DNA from: Tubulanus polymorphus | Taxonomy: Eukaryota > Animalia > Nemertea | Reading direction: 5' to 3' | DNA length: 64,000 nucleotides | Assembly (NCBI RefSeq): GCF_964204645.1 | Contig: NC_134035.1 | Location: 4,588,001-4,652,000 of the forward strand | In this document: positions 51,941-64,000 of the stretch, in pieces | Numbering within the stretch: the stretch's first letter is position 1 | Layout: each line of letters begins with the position of its first letter | Notes under the pieces: generated by a model | Told to the model about the DNA's origin: nothing | What the model saw: only the letters and a program-made list of their open reading frames with translations | The model's database searches: none | Made by a program: the position numbers and the translations under genes

Positions 51941-54060
51941 TCGTAATTATCATGATCTATAAAACGGTCCAATTAATTTCCGCCGACGTGCGAAAGAAAG
52001 GCCGTCAGCCGGCCGGCGGACGGTAGGCCCCCTAATTACGCCGAGTCGAGGGAAGAGACGTTTTAAACTAGCGTGGCAATTAATTGCAATGCCAGTCGAA
52101 GTCGTCGAATGATGGTGAATCGGTGATCTCTAACCATCACCGGCGCTACCGTATAATTACTATAATCAGCCGACATTACCAGATGACATGTGGTTATGAA
52201 GGAATGCACCTCTCAGGAGCGCGAGACGATAAATGGACGAGTTCTACTTATTAATCCTATAATACGTAATTTGCCCGTGTATTCCGCATAAAGTCCGTAT
52301 TCCGTAAGTCTTCGCCCGGAATGTTCAATTTTTTCGATCGAATCGTCTCTAATTATGCGAACTAATTAATACCTACCTGGAACGATATTTCGCTAAAATT
52401 CGGTCAAATGCGTGCGAACAGGGATAAGTTTGATCGAGGGGGCCGAATTTATCGCGGTCGTCTTCGGGTGAAAAAAAAGAGTTTTCACGCCGCGTTTCCA
52501 CGTAACAAGCTGAATAAAACATCTAGATACAAACGAACGAACGAACGGACGAACGAACGGGAATGAAAAATATAGATTCGAAAAACGAAGCGATGATATT
52601 TTAAAAAATTTAACGCTATTTAAAGAAAAAATGTTCTTTTTATTAAAACGTATAAAAATGAGTGAGAGAGAAAAGAAGAGAGCGAGCGAGCGAGAGAGAA
52701 AAGAGATGTTAAAAAACGACGAAATATTTTTCGAAAAAATTGACGCCATATTATTAAACAGCTTTCGCATATAATGATTCGCAATCGTACATTATTAAAT
52801 ATATATATATATATATATTCATAAAATGCTGCTTCGCAAAAAACAACGAAATAAACGAAAAAACCGCGAAACGTACGACAACACGGAAAAAAAAACGAAA
52901 AATATTTTTGAAAGAACGAAAAAATCTAATCGAAAAATCGGAAGAAAAAAGACTGACTGACGAAACAATATAATGTGCGCGCCACGATCGACCAACCCCT
53001 TAACAGAGGACACGTAACCCCATCTATATTCAACAAACAGAAACGATGATGTACTATACTATATATGTATATAAAATATATATATATATATACCGACCTT
53101 TTTTTATATATATATATTCGCGGAACAAAAGTTATCAGTAAAATTATTATCATATATATATATATTTGAATATATATTATATAACGAATAAAGATTTGAT
53201 CTCGTTTTTTCTTATGTGGATACCGGCGGATGGCGAGGTGACAGGTGGTCGTCATTTTTTTTTAAAATTTCGTTCCAATAAGAATCGAGGGACAGAATCG
53301 ATAACCGATTCCTGCGATTCACAGACGACGCACCTATCAACCCGTCGATCGGCCGATATCGTCAATTGTTTTGTAAGTGTACCTTCATATTTCGTCCGTT
53401 GTTGATAAGGAAATAATTGTATTTTCTTTTCTATTTTTTTCGGCTAGAGATAACGGGCCTATTTATATTACTGTATACGATTTTTACGACCAAAGGAAAA
53501 AAAAATTCGAAAAAATTTTGAAAGTTTTTTCGGAACAGTAGAATATAAGCGTACTTTTCGTTATAAATCCTGATTAAAATTTTGACCCCCAAATTATCCA
53601 AATCATATATACATATATGTATATGTATACTTATATATATTTTCGTGAGTCTTTTCAGCATACTTTCTTCTGTTTCAGAGACAGGGGGACATACTTTCTA
53701 GAAAAAAAAGCGGTTCCCGACGAATTAGCGATAATTTCACGTAGATAATTTATCAAAAATACGACAAGCGGGCTTCGTATCGGGGTCCTGTACGCCTGTT
53801 CAAGGGGGGTGTCTTCGAATGCCAGCACCATGCATACAATAACATGGAGAAAAGATTGTATATAAAACCAAATAATTCGATGATGAATTGAAAACTGAGA
53901 GAGCGAGAAACGTATGCAATGATTGTATTTAGAGAGGAGAAATACTCACGTCACCGGTGCCTTTCCTTTTTAATGTGTGTGCGAGAGTTTCAAAAAATAT
54001 AAAGAGAAGGACCTAAGCATATGATGAGCACACCTTCGGGAAAAATTATATTATTATAGT

Positions 54061-54094
<34 letters not shown>

Positions 54095-55933
54095 ACGTCA
54101 AAAAATATATAATAATATATATATATATATATAATAAAATGATGATATCGACCTGCTTTGAAACGACGTACATATTCGAATATATATATATATATACGAA
54201 CATCTGTCTATTTTGACTGGCGATATATTTCTCTAATACAAAACCAGGTACACATAAAATATTTGAATTTCATGTTAATGCATAATTGAGACAATTAGCA
54301 GTCTGGTTGAATATCATCACGATAAACCCACTAATATCAATTCACAAAATTGTTATCGTTTTTTTTTTTTCTTTCTTACGTTTCCGGCAGAATCCTTCGA
54401 CCCATCTTACGAGTTTATCGAGAAAAACAACAACGATATCATTTGTCCAGATCGATATATCGTGGGTTACTACTCATAACGATTTTCATATACTACATCT
54501 TCATATTAGGATATATCGATAATTTATGTTTATCGAAATAGACAGAGTATATATAATCGAAATATGTACATAATCTCATCACTTTATTCATATTAATTAC
54601 CATCATCAGATCATACACGAATATAGATTAACGAACACGTTTTCTCGTTTAAGTATCTGCGTTTGATAACTTTTGCCCACGAATGATATAATAAAAAAGG
54701 ACGAAAAATCAAAGAACGAAAAGGTAGTAATAATAATCGTGATATATATAATATCTATATATGTATATTGTATAACAGGTCAAAAATGTACTACACAACT
54801 TTGCAAAGTATTCAAAGGACAACATCGAAATCGGTTGCTGTCTCTTCCGACCGGCCGGACTCGACGGGTCGCGGCCGCCGCTGCAAGCGTAACCGAGCGC
54901 GATTAGCGTAAAAACTGCCCGAGGCGCCGCTATCCATCACCCGCACGTTCGGCAGTCGATCTGAAATCTTGAGAAAGTTACCAAAAAAAAGAGAAAAAGA
55001 GAATTCTCGAAGGAAGTTCGCTGCGGTCGGTCGGTCGTATATCGGGATATCTGAAAGCAAAGATAGCACACACACATCGCATATTTCTACTACGGCGATA
55101 ACGTATTCCACCCACCCCCGAGAAACATCGATTTATTCTTCCCTTATTAATTAATATCTCCTTTAATTAACGAGCAGCGCGGCGTTTCTATTAAAATATA
55201 CGTCGACTTCAAAACTGAGATTTTCAACGATGCAAATTTCGACTCTCATCTCGGACTGGAGTCGGACGCAAATTAAAACATTCGACGTAAAAAGCGGACG
55301 AGCCGCGGACCGTCGTCGTCGGTGAAAAAGCTAAAGAACGTACTCGAGGACTTCGACGCGCGGATGCGCAACATCTACAAGGACGTATATACGTACTTCA
55401 TTATTTTCGAGTGTAAATTTGATGCATAAATATAACAGCTCCGACAACGGAGCGATGAACGCCATGAGAGAGAGAGAGAGCAACTCGTCTTTTGAGTCCT
55501 CGGTAAACAGAAGCGCTCGGCGACTACGGGTACGAAGAGGAATTTCGGCCGTCGACGACGACGTAACGTTTTTAATCAACCGTCATGACTAGCCCGTCGA
55601 TGGAGCTAATTACCGAAAGAAACAGCGCGACGACGACGACGAGATAAACTGTTTGACGAAGTGGTGCTCGAACGGACACGAAATTAAGACGAAATACGCG
55701 TTTAATATTCGACATATACTACTGCTACTACTACTACTCGACAACTTGAATAAATTCCGAAACATTTTGACACGTGGCGATGACGATGATGATGACACTG
55801 ATGAACGTACTTAGAATATCAACTCAGTTACGAAAATATCGACTCAGTTTCGAGAATCTAGTCGTAACTCGTAAATCGCAGTTCATTCTCATTCTCAGCT
55901 CATCACCTGTTTCAGTATAAAGCGAAAGGACAC

Positions 55934-56200
55934 CTCCCTCTCCCCTGCCCCTCTCTCCCTCTTTCTCTTTCCTCTGCCCCCCTCAATCCCTTCCCCCTCT
56001 TTCTCTTTCCTCTGCCCCCTCTCTTTCCTTTCTCCCTCTTTCTCTTTCCTCTGCCCCCTCTCTCTCCACTCTCCCTCATACTCTTTTTCTCCCTGTCTCC
56101 CTCTCCCCTCTCTCTCTCTCTTCTCTCCTTTCCCTCTCCCCTCTCTCTCTCTTCTCTCCTTTATCTCTCCCTCTCCCCCTCTCTCTCTCTTCTCTCTTGG
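55934..56200. repeat. Long polypyrimidine (CT-rich) low-complexity tract
   Basis: About 265 bp, nearly all C/T on the plus strand. Confidence 0.9.
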
Positions 56201-58884
56201 TCTCATTGTACCGCTATAATAAACGAATCCATTAAACGTGTGAATACTAACTATTCTTAATAAACAATCGAGACTATTGAATAACTGTGCGCTCGCTCTC
56301 GCTCGGCGCTGCTATTCTCAATTTTAATAGGCGCTTTGTCCAATTCTTCTTGTCAATGTTGCTTTCATTTGTAATTCAATCTAAGAAGCAGCGGCGGTAC
56401 CCAGCGTGCCGTGTGTTGTGTGTATGTGTGCGCGCCGCCAGCTATTTTCACGCCCAGTCCAACAACCAAACAAACATCATCGGTAAACATCGGTGTCTGT
56501 TCAAACTCTTCACTTTCAAAACGTCTACGACTCCATTCATTTCTTGTCCACTATACGAAGATGTAACATATGTGTCTCGTAACGAAGGCCACGAGATGAC
56601 CAAGCGACTATTGTCAAACTATTGTCCGACGCCCGATAATGGAAAGGGTTTAAATAAATGCCAGCTGTGACTGCGGTTTAAGTACGGGGAAACAGGTGAA
56701 GACTATGCCATCGTATGATTCGATATGAACATTTTTGTGACATCGCGTAGGACATTTTCGGCCACCAAGTGTACCGGATACTAGATATACTTCTACTATT
56801 CCTGGTACTAGCTTGCTAGGTTACAGGGCCTACATAGTTAGCTATGAACAGGCTGAGGGTCCCCACCTCCCTGATATCATATACTAACAATAACCTAAGA
56901 ATTGAATGGTAACCTAAGAATTAAACATAACATTGTAAATTTAAACCTAGACTCTTCGCATTCAGCCTTTATCAATCCTAACATGCCAATTTTCTTTAAT
57001 ATCGCCAAACTTATATATCGTGGACTTGCAAATATCACTTAAAGAATATTGTATCATACCGAATATGCTAATATCATATTTCTATCATTCTATTCTAATC
57101 TCATATTAGCACTTGGCACGGATTGTAGGAAAAATGCCACTGCAAAAAATATCACAGGTCAAAATGAAACCAGGAACAAACGTCACCAATGATCAATAAT
57201 GAGGTTTTTAATCGTTGCTTTTCAGTTGTGGTTTCATGAATAAACTTATTGATATCATTATAATAATAATAATAATTATTATTATCATTATTATCAGATA
57301 CACGATTCTAGAACGCCTAATGCAAGAGTTGACCAAGAACGAAGACAATTTTTCCTTCCTTGTGCGATCGAGGAACCGGTAGCGATTACGTAACAATTCT
57401 CAAACAATTGCCGAGAGTCGCTTCTCAGAAATAACGACAGGATCGAAAACATCATGAATTTTTCAAGCGTGCGCGCGTGTTCTTCGATTCAAAGTGTAGC
57501 CATCTGCGCGAACGAACGCGAAATTATTATTATTACTATTATTAATACAAAAGGACGGACGAAATGAGGACGAAATTGAGTCCCGCGGTAACAATAGGTC
57601 GAACATCGGGTCCATTCCCACACACAGACAGGGAGAGTGAGAAAGAGAGAGGGGAGAGAGAGAGAGAAGAGTATAACTGGCGCAACGGCGCAGTTGTTAT
57701 GATTGGGTAAATATCGCCGCCAACGTGTCAATCTATAGAACAATCGTTCTGAATCTAAAATGGCCAATTTGCAATTTGTACACATGAATCAACATCGCGC
57801 GAAACGAAGTCAAACAAAACCGCGACCAGGGACGCCGCGTTATAGCCTATTAAATATACATGATCGTAGAACACCTCACGCTGTCTAACGTAGGCGTTGA
57901 CCAACTTCTATTTTTTGAAGCTTTATCAAACCATGAAATTGTTTCCGCTGATTGAAGGTGTCTACATCATTAGTAAATTGCCTGTTCGCGATTGTTTCGT
58001 TAATTTTTCGCGTCGGCTGCCAATTTCTACCAATTTCTACGAACTGTGACGTAAGATGATTTTGTAAATAGGCATGAAGTCAATCGTTTCATATTTTGAA
58101 AGCTGTTCGTTTCAAAAGCAATCCGTCTCTCCTTTCATCACCGGTTTTCAAATGGGAGATTTTGTAGAATTTTTATTTGTGGCAAATTTTTAGACCATAG
58201 GTTTAACGCCTTGAATACTTCCGTATCCACGTTCTACGAGTGGATAAATATCAAATTTGGTAACTTTCATTAAAGTTAGTTTTCTCTTTCCTTGTTATTA
58301 TTCCATGTACAAATTTCATACATCATCTTTTTTATGTACAAAAATTTCGTATCATCCGCAATTTACGATTTCATGATGAATTAACATTGAATTGAATTGA
58401 ATTACGATCGAAACGCCGGATTTGAAGGCGAGTTTTTCCATAGGCCGGCCGATCGGAGTGATATCGCAGGTGAATGATTCATTCCGCTATTCAACAATCA
58501 ACAATAGCGCGTTGCATATACGCATAGAAAATACGTTTTCAGAGAGACCTGTTCGAAAACTGTGCCACCTCCGCCGCCGTCGTCATCACCGTCGACGATG
58601 ATGAGAGCGGATGAATTTCAAATGCGGGCACAAATCAGCAGCGAGCTCCTCTCATAAAACACTCTCACTGTCTCCTCGCACACTCTCACTCTCACATTCT
58701 CCTTCTCTTCCTCTAGTTCTCTCCTCTCTTCCCTCTCTCTCTCTATCATACAAGCGTAACACATATGCATCGAAGTCGGGTATCGTCGAGTGGTGCTTGT
58801 TACCATTTTTCATTCACTCCGGTTCAAATCGTCCGCATCCGTACGCGAAAACAATGAATCGAATCGAATAATGAAAATGAACAC

Positions 58885-58929
<45 letters not shown>

Positions 58930-58997
58930 TATAAAGAGAGCGGAAATTTTTTCGAACCCGCGTACATTGCGACCCGGGTTCGACGAGCTAGGTGTAG

Positions 58998-59094
58998 GCC
59001 CGGTTCCACAGTTATGAGTTAGAGTTAACTCTCAGTTAATGTTAGTTCATTTTCGATGAGTCAAATCTGAACTCCGAACTGTGGAACTGGACCC
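58998..59094. mobile_element. Family-A MITE copy
   Basis: gcccggttccacagtt ... aactgtggaactggacc. Confidence 0.75.
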
Positions 59095-59627
59095 AGTAGT
59101 ATAACTGAGTTATGTAGTTAAAGAGATATAAATCGCAACGACCGATTTCCACCGCGACATATGTTGATGGCGTCGGCCGCCGCCATCGTCAGTATCGTTG
59201 GAAAGAGTCATCATCATCATTTTAATTGGTCGTTGGTGGTCGCGTCCGAGTGCCATATTTTCAAGTGCAATCATCCCATTTTGTGGGAGACAGCAGCCCG
59301 GGCTCATACGTATGTAGACATACAAGTGCACGCGCAGATGTTACGAAATTAACGCGACTTATTACGATAAGGAGGATACCGCGCTCGCCGGAAAAATATC
59401 AGCATTTAGGAAATTGAGAAATTGAAAAAAATCGACAGTTCACTTATCCGTGAATTCTCAATCTTTATCTCCGCACAAAATACTGAATATCTAATATTAT
59501 GCTTGATGAGAATTTAATGTAAAATACCTACTTTACTCTATTAGCTCGACTATGACAGCTCGAACAGGACATTCTTAATCTCCGTACAAAATACTGAATA
59601 TCTAATAAGATAAAATCCCACTATTTA

Positions 59628-59924
59628 CAGATTAAAAGAATTTAAAAACCAGAATTTATTTATTCAATCAAAAATATATAAAAGACACGACGTTTCAATC
59701 TCACCCTAGAGATCATCGTCAGGTGTGAGAAATAGACTAAAAAACAGGGGTATATATATACAGAGGAGGACAGGTTAATTGAGTAAATTGGTGAGTGAGT
59801 AAATAATTAGTGTTTGGCAAGGCATGAAGTAATATACTTAGAAAGAAGGGAATTTTTTTTTAATTCTTTTAATCTGAGATTTCTTATTATCCGTTCACCA
59901 CGTTTGAGTGTGGTCATCGTTCTA
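59628..59924 (-). mobile_element. Penelope-like element pLTR remnant
   Basis: Inverted repeat cagattaaaagaatt (59628-59642) / aattcttttaatctg (59862-59876); hammerhead core; flanking duplication atactgaatatctaa (59591-59605, 59924-59938). Confidence 0.6.
59685..59726 (-). ncRNA. Minimal type-I hammerhead ribozyme motif (Penelope-type), possibly degenerate
   Basis: Minus strand ACAC-CUGACGA-U-GAUCUC-uagggu-GAGAUU-GAAA-CG-UC-GUGU: conserved core, 6-bp stem II, 4-bp stem I, and a palindromic ACGU in place of stem III. Confidence 0.6.
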
Positions 59925-61179
59925 TACTGAATATCTAAATATTATGCTTCATGAGAATGTGGAATACCTATCTTAAATATTGGCAAGACAAATATGCGAT
60001 ACGTTAAAACCGAAAATTCATAAAGACTATGAATTTTTGATCGAACGCGTGGAAAACGACTCTTACTGACTCGGTTAGCAGCACGGATGAGGGGTAACCA
60101 CTCGAGGAGGTGCTACATCTCCCGCGTATCAATTTACGGCAGAATTTTTTTCAGAATTTTAAATCAACAGCATGTATGCTCGCTCGTACGGGGGTGGGGT
60201 AAAGGTGTAATGGCGCCGGAGACAACAGCGTCGTCGTTAACGGGCGTCTAAATAATTAAATTTCCACGAGGAACGAAATAAACAAAACCCGCGCGACGAG
60301 GACTCGACGGACGAACTCTTGATCCAGGCGTCGAAAACGCTCGAAATACCGTTCAACGATCGTTGAGTTTAGAACCGACGTCGCGTGAAGTATCGACTCG
60401 AAGTCGAGTTTGAGTTTCATCTAAAAAAAAAATTGGTCCCTATCAATAAATGAACAGGTAGCCTGACTGTATGACCGGCTATTTACATGATTTCACACTG
60501 CCGCTGGTAAGAACAAAACTTGAGAGTAATTTGTGATCAAAAACCGTTGTTTATTTGAAAATGAACTAGAAATTATTCTGATTTCGAAAGTGTTTTGAGA
60601 TTTTTTTTTTAGCTCAGGGCTCCTCACTTCAGCACTAACACAGCTTTAAAGCTTGCTTGTTGTCCCTTTCCATATTGTAAATCAACTGTTTTACATATTT
60701 AGTTGATTATTTAAAAAAAATTTGTGGAGAAAATAAATAATCATATCATATCAATCATGATTTCTAATTTAAACAAAATTTAAGTAACTTCGGATGAGAT
60801 GGAAAAAAACAGTCGGGGGTCAAACGAAGAATGGACATCAATGAAGACGTGGAATGTGAAGATCGTGGAATGTGAAGGTCGGAGGGACTGAAGATCGGTC
60901 GTGTTATGATATACAGTCAGTCGTAACTACAACATTTTTCCATTCGCATTTCATCGTCGTTCTGCCGACGACGCATTAGGCTCAGACCGAAAACTACAAG
61001 TTAATCCCCGCGTTCGCGAATACGACCCGACGACCGACCGACGCTACACACAACCCTCGTCGTACCCTCGTTCCTCGCGCCTCTAATCTCCATCATATCA
61101 ACGTCGGACGATAAAACGTTCCCTCGCGAACAATTACTTGCGGCGTTTCATGGTTTTTTCTATCTTCTTTACGTATATC

Positions 61180-61329
61180 TGTTATGCGTATAGGACAAGC
61201 TGGACTAGTTCTACTGGTCAGCGCACTCGCCTTCTACGTACAAGACCCGGGTACAAGACCCGGGTACGATCCCCGTTCGATCCCCGGTGAATGGGCGTAA
61301 TTTCACTGTCACTTCTCTTAATCGTTACA
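61180..61329 (+). mobile_element. tRNA-containing solo LTR (Helenus-like TRIM) or tRNA-derived SINE fragment
   Basis: Termini TGTTA...TTACA. A-box-like tagttctactggtc; B-box-like gttcgatcccc with local duplications. Flanks tatc/catc form an imperfect 4-bp TSD. Confidence 0.55.
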
Positions 61330-61806
61330 CATCCGCACTCGATCGATCGAGTCAACATGTAAAAAATAAAGTCATAAAAATAAGTCGTTCATCGCTTCAT
61401 CAGCATTTCCGCGGCGAGATTTCCGAATTCATTACATAAAAGGTCGACCTCCAGATCCGAGAGACCCGTTACCTCGAACGGCCTCCGATTCGACTCGTAC
61501 CGGGTTCGACGGCGATCAAAATGAGTTCGCTCGTGATTAGAAACCGTAATCGGAGCCCGAGATCATCGTCGATATATCATCATTCGACTACGCTCATAGA
61601 AGTTTGATCGTTTTTCTATCGGCTGTTATCCGAGGCCCATTAACTCGCGCTACCGAGTTAGGGCCCGACTCCGCAATCACTCTCTCTCTCTCACTCTCTC
61701 TCTCTCTCGTTCTGTGCGTTCGAAACGGTTCATTAATATCGCACCCAAAGACATCAGCCGTCATAGTCGCAATCGGTATAAAGGACTTTCTGTCGAGACT
61801 AACATA

Positions 61807-61969
61807 GGGGTCATTCATTTATTACGTACGCATTAAGGGAGGGGGTAGGGCTCAGTGCAATTGCTTACTGTAATGCTTAATGTATAAGAAAAAATGGCCG
61901 ATTTTGCGTACAGAGGGGGAGGGTTGAAAAATTCAAAATTTTATGCATACGTAATAAATGAATGATCCC
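61807..61969. mobile_element. PIF/Harbinger-like MITE
   Basis: 22-bp TIR ggggtcattcatttattacgta / tacgtaataaatgaatgatccc with a 3-bp TSD ATA (61804-61806, 61970-61972). Confidence 0.85.
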
Positions 61970-62268
61970 ATAGCGCGCGCCGCGTTCGTACCTCAGCAGG
62001 GCTAGGTATACATTTTTCAGAGGTTGAGAACGAGAGAGAAGGGATGAATGCATGGTCGTGCGGGGAGGTCAAAGAAAGGCAATGAGGAAAGTAGAGTGTA
62101 GGGTATACAGAGGAAACTGAGAGCGAGTGGAAAAGTGGGGAGATGGAGGAGAAAGGATGAAGGGAGTGAGGGGGAGAGGGGAGGTAGGGAGAGAGCTAGG
62201 ACAGCGCGACTGTCATTCTTTCGCATAATTATCAAGTAAATGAATATGGACATAATCGGGTTTCACAC

Positions 62269-62310
<42 letters not shown>

Positions 62311-64000
62311 CGGCACACGATGAGGATGAGGACAAGGTGAGACGAGGTGAGGCGAGGCACGCCGTCGCTGATAATAATAAACCCCTCGTCGACGATTCCA
62401 CAATTCCACGACGACGACGGAAACGCAGAAGAAAAAAAACACGTCGCATCCGTAATTGGACATTTAATAGCGATCTACCGCTGCGTTAAAACGATTAATT
62501 GTCGCCGTGGAAACAACGCCTATAACAATGCCGGGCCCCGTGTGTGTGCGCGCGCCCGCGTACAATCGGTAGAGACGTATGTAAAGACGATGGCTCCGCG
62601 CGGCACCGGTGGGTGTCTTTATTTGATCGCCATATTTCGCGATCAACGTCGTCATAAATTAATGACGTGTTTTTTTTTTGCGACGACAAAATTTTCTGGA
62701 TATCGTTTTGTTTTCGAGTTAATCGGGAAACGTCGATTCATATAAAATCAACGCGACAGACACGTTTGTGATTTCATGTGAAAGCGAAATATTTTACGAG
62801 CTCCTAAACAAACGACAATATAAAATACTTAAAACTTGCCGATCTTAGAAAACTGGGGACTGAGGTTACGTTTTCTTAATTCATCTTCATAATCTCGGGG
62901 TAGGGTGTCAAGATATGAATTACTGCATAGTCTGGTGTACACTCAATTGACTTTGAATTAAGCCCCGGGTTAAAGTTAACAAAAGGGGTTCGGTAAAGTT
63001 GCAAAGTATGGCTTAGATTTACGACCAGTGTAAGCTCATTTTGGTTCCATAGACAATCTAACAACTTAAGACTAGAGTAAGCTTATTTTAGTTCTAACCG
63101 ATCTAACAACTTAAGACCAGTGTAAGCTCATTTTGGTTCTATAACCAATCTAACAACCTAAGACCAATCTAAGACCATCTTAGTTCTGTCGGCAATCTAA
63201 CAACTCAAGACCAGCGTTAAGATTAAGAACCCCTTTTAGACTTTAAAGAGAAACTGCGCAATTGAGAAGTTAGATTCGGAACCCGATAACCCGTCAGCAT
63301 CAGTGAGCATTCTATAAGTTTCAGCCTTTGTCGTTCTTCGGGGTCGGGCATCGGCGCATTATACCCGTAAGAATAAACGAACTTATATATTACCGGACTA
63401 GTATATGACAAGGTATTAGATCATATTACCGACACGCGTCGATAATACGGTTCAATACGGCTCGATAAAATCATTAGAAATCTATTATCCTCGTGCTACC
63501 ATCAAACACCGAGCTGGTCGCGCCGTTCGATAATTCTATTAACACCATCATCATCACAGATATACAACATTAATGGTCGAATGGCCACGGATGACGACGA
63601 CGCCGCCGCGCGAAATACCTACGCACACGCCTCGGCGAGGGCGGCCACTGTAAAGATTTGTTTTTATTCGAATAAAAAAAGAATATACTCAGCTGGAGAA
63701 TCGTATCGACCGAATTGAATACACATTCTTTTTCATAACTCGGCTTCAGAGGAAATTCTCCGGTGCATTCGTTAGAAATAACCCGAAGCGAGGCGGTTAC
63801 AATACTATCAATTCAATGAGATGATAATAGTAGAGTCTTTAGTTGACGTTGAAGTGAAACCCAAGAACGAACTCATTGTTTCCGAATAACTTCTGTCTTT
63901 CAAGCAAGCAGGGGCTACAGTTGGTCGAAAGTTGGTTAAAAGTAACCGGCGGATAAATACATTATAGTAACGATGAACTTTTAATCGTCACTATGTCAAC

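Noticed and set aside
61200-61290. Functional tRNA gene
   Set aside because: No complete cloverleaf, and internal duplications disrupt the T arm.

Overview
This is eukaryotic (bilaterian invertebrate, probably lophotrochozoan; inference) genomic DNA. It is AT-rich but CpG-rich, and almost all short ORFs in the track are spurious. The one confidently identified host gene is a ONECUT/HNF6 CUT-homeobox transcription factor on the minus strand. Its terminal homeodomain exon (20653-20927) is missing from the ORF track. No CUT-domain exon is visible, so it is inferred to lie beyond 64000, making 20928-64000 one very large intron (>43 kb). That intron contains: (i) a well-supported frame-preserving 39-nt cassette exon candidate (36922-36960) that would lengthen the CUT-homeodomain linker, as in HNF-6beta; (ii) a more speculative cluster of micro/terminal exons at 53.0-54.0 kb that could give homeodomain-less isoforms; (iii) a 54-bp minisatellite in which every unit carries a CTCF-like motif, split by a young 5'-truncated RTE-X-like LINE with an intact RT ORF; (iv) a Penelope-like remnant with a minimal hammerhead ribozyme; (v) a tRNA-containing solo LTR (Helenus-like); and (vi) many MITEs and tandem repeats. 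The downstream flank (1-20 kb) is noncoding, with candidate enhancers including a TAATCC cluster and an inverted pair of kappaB sites.
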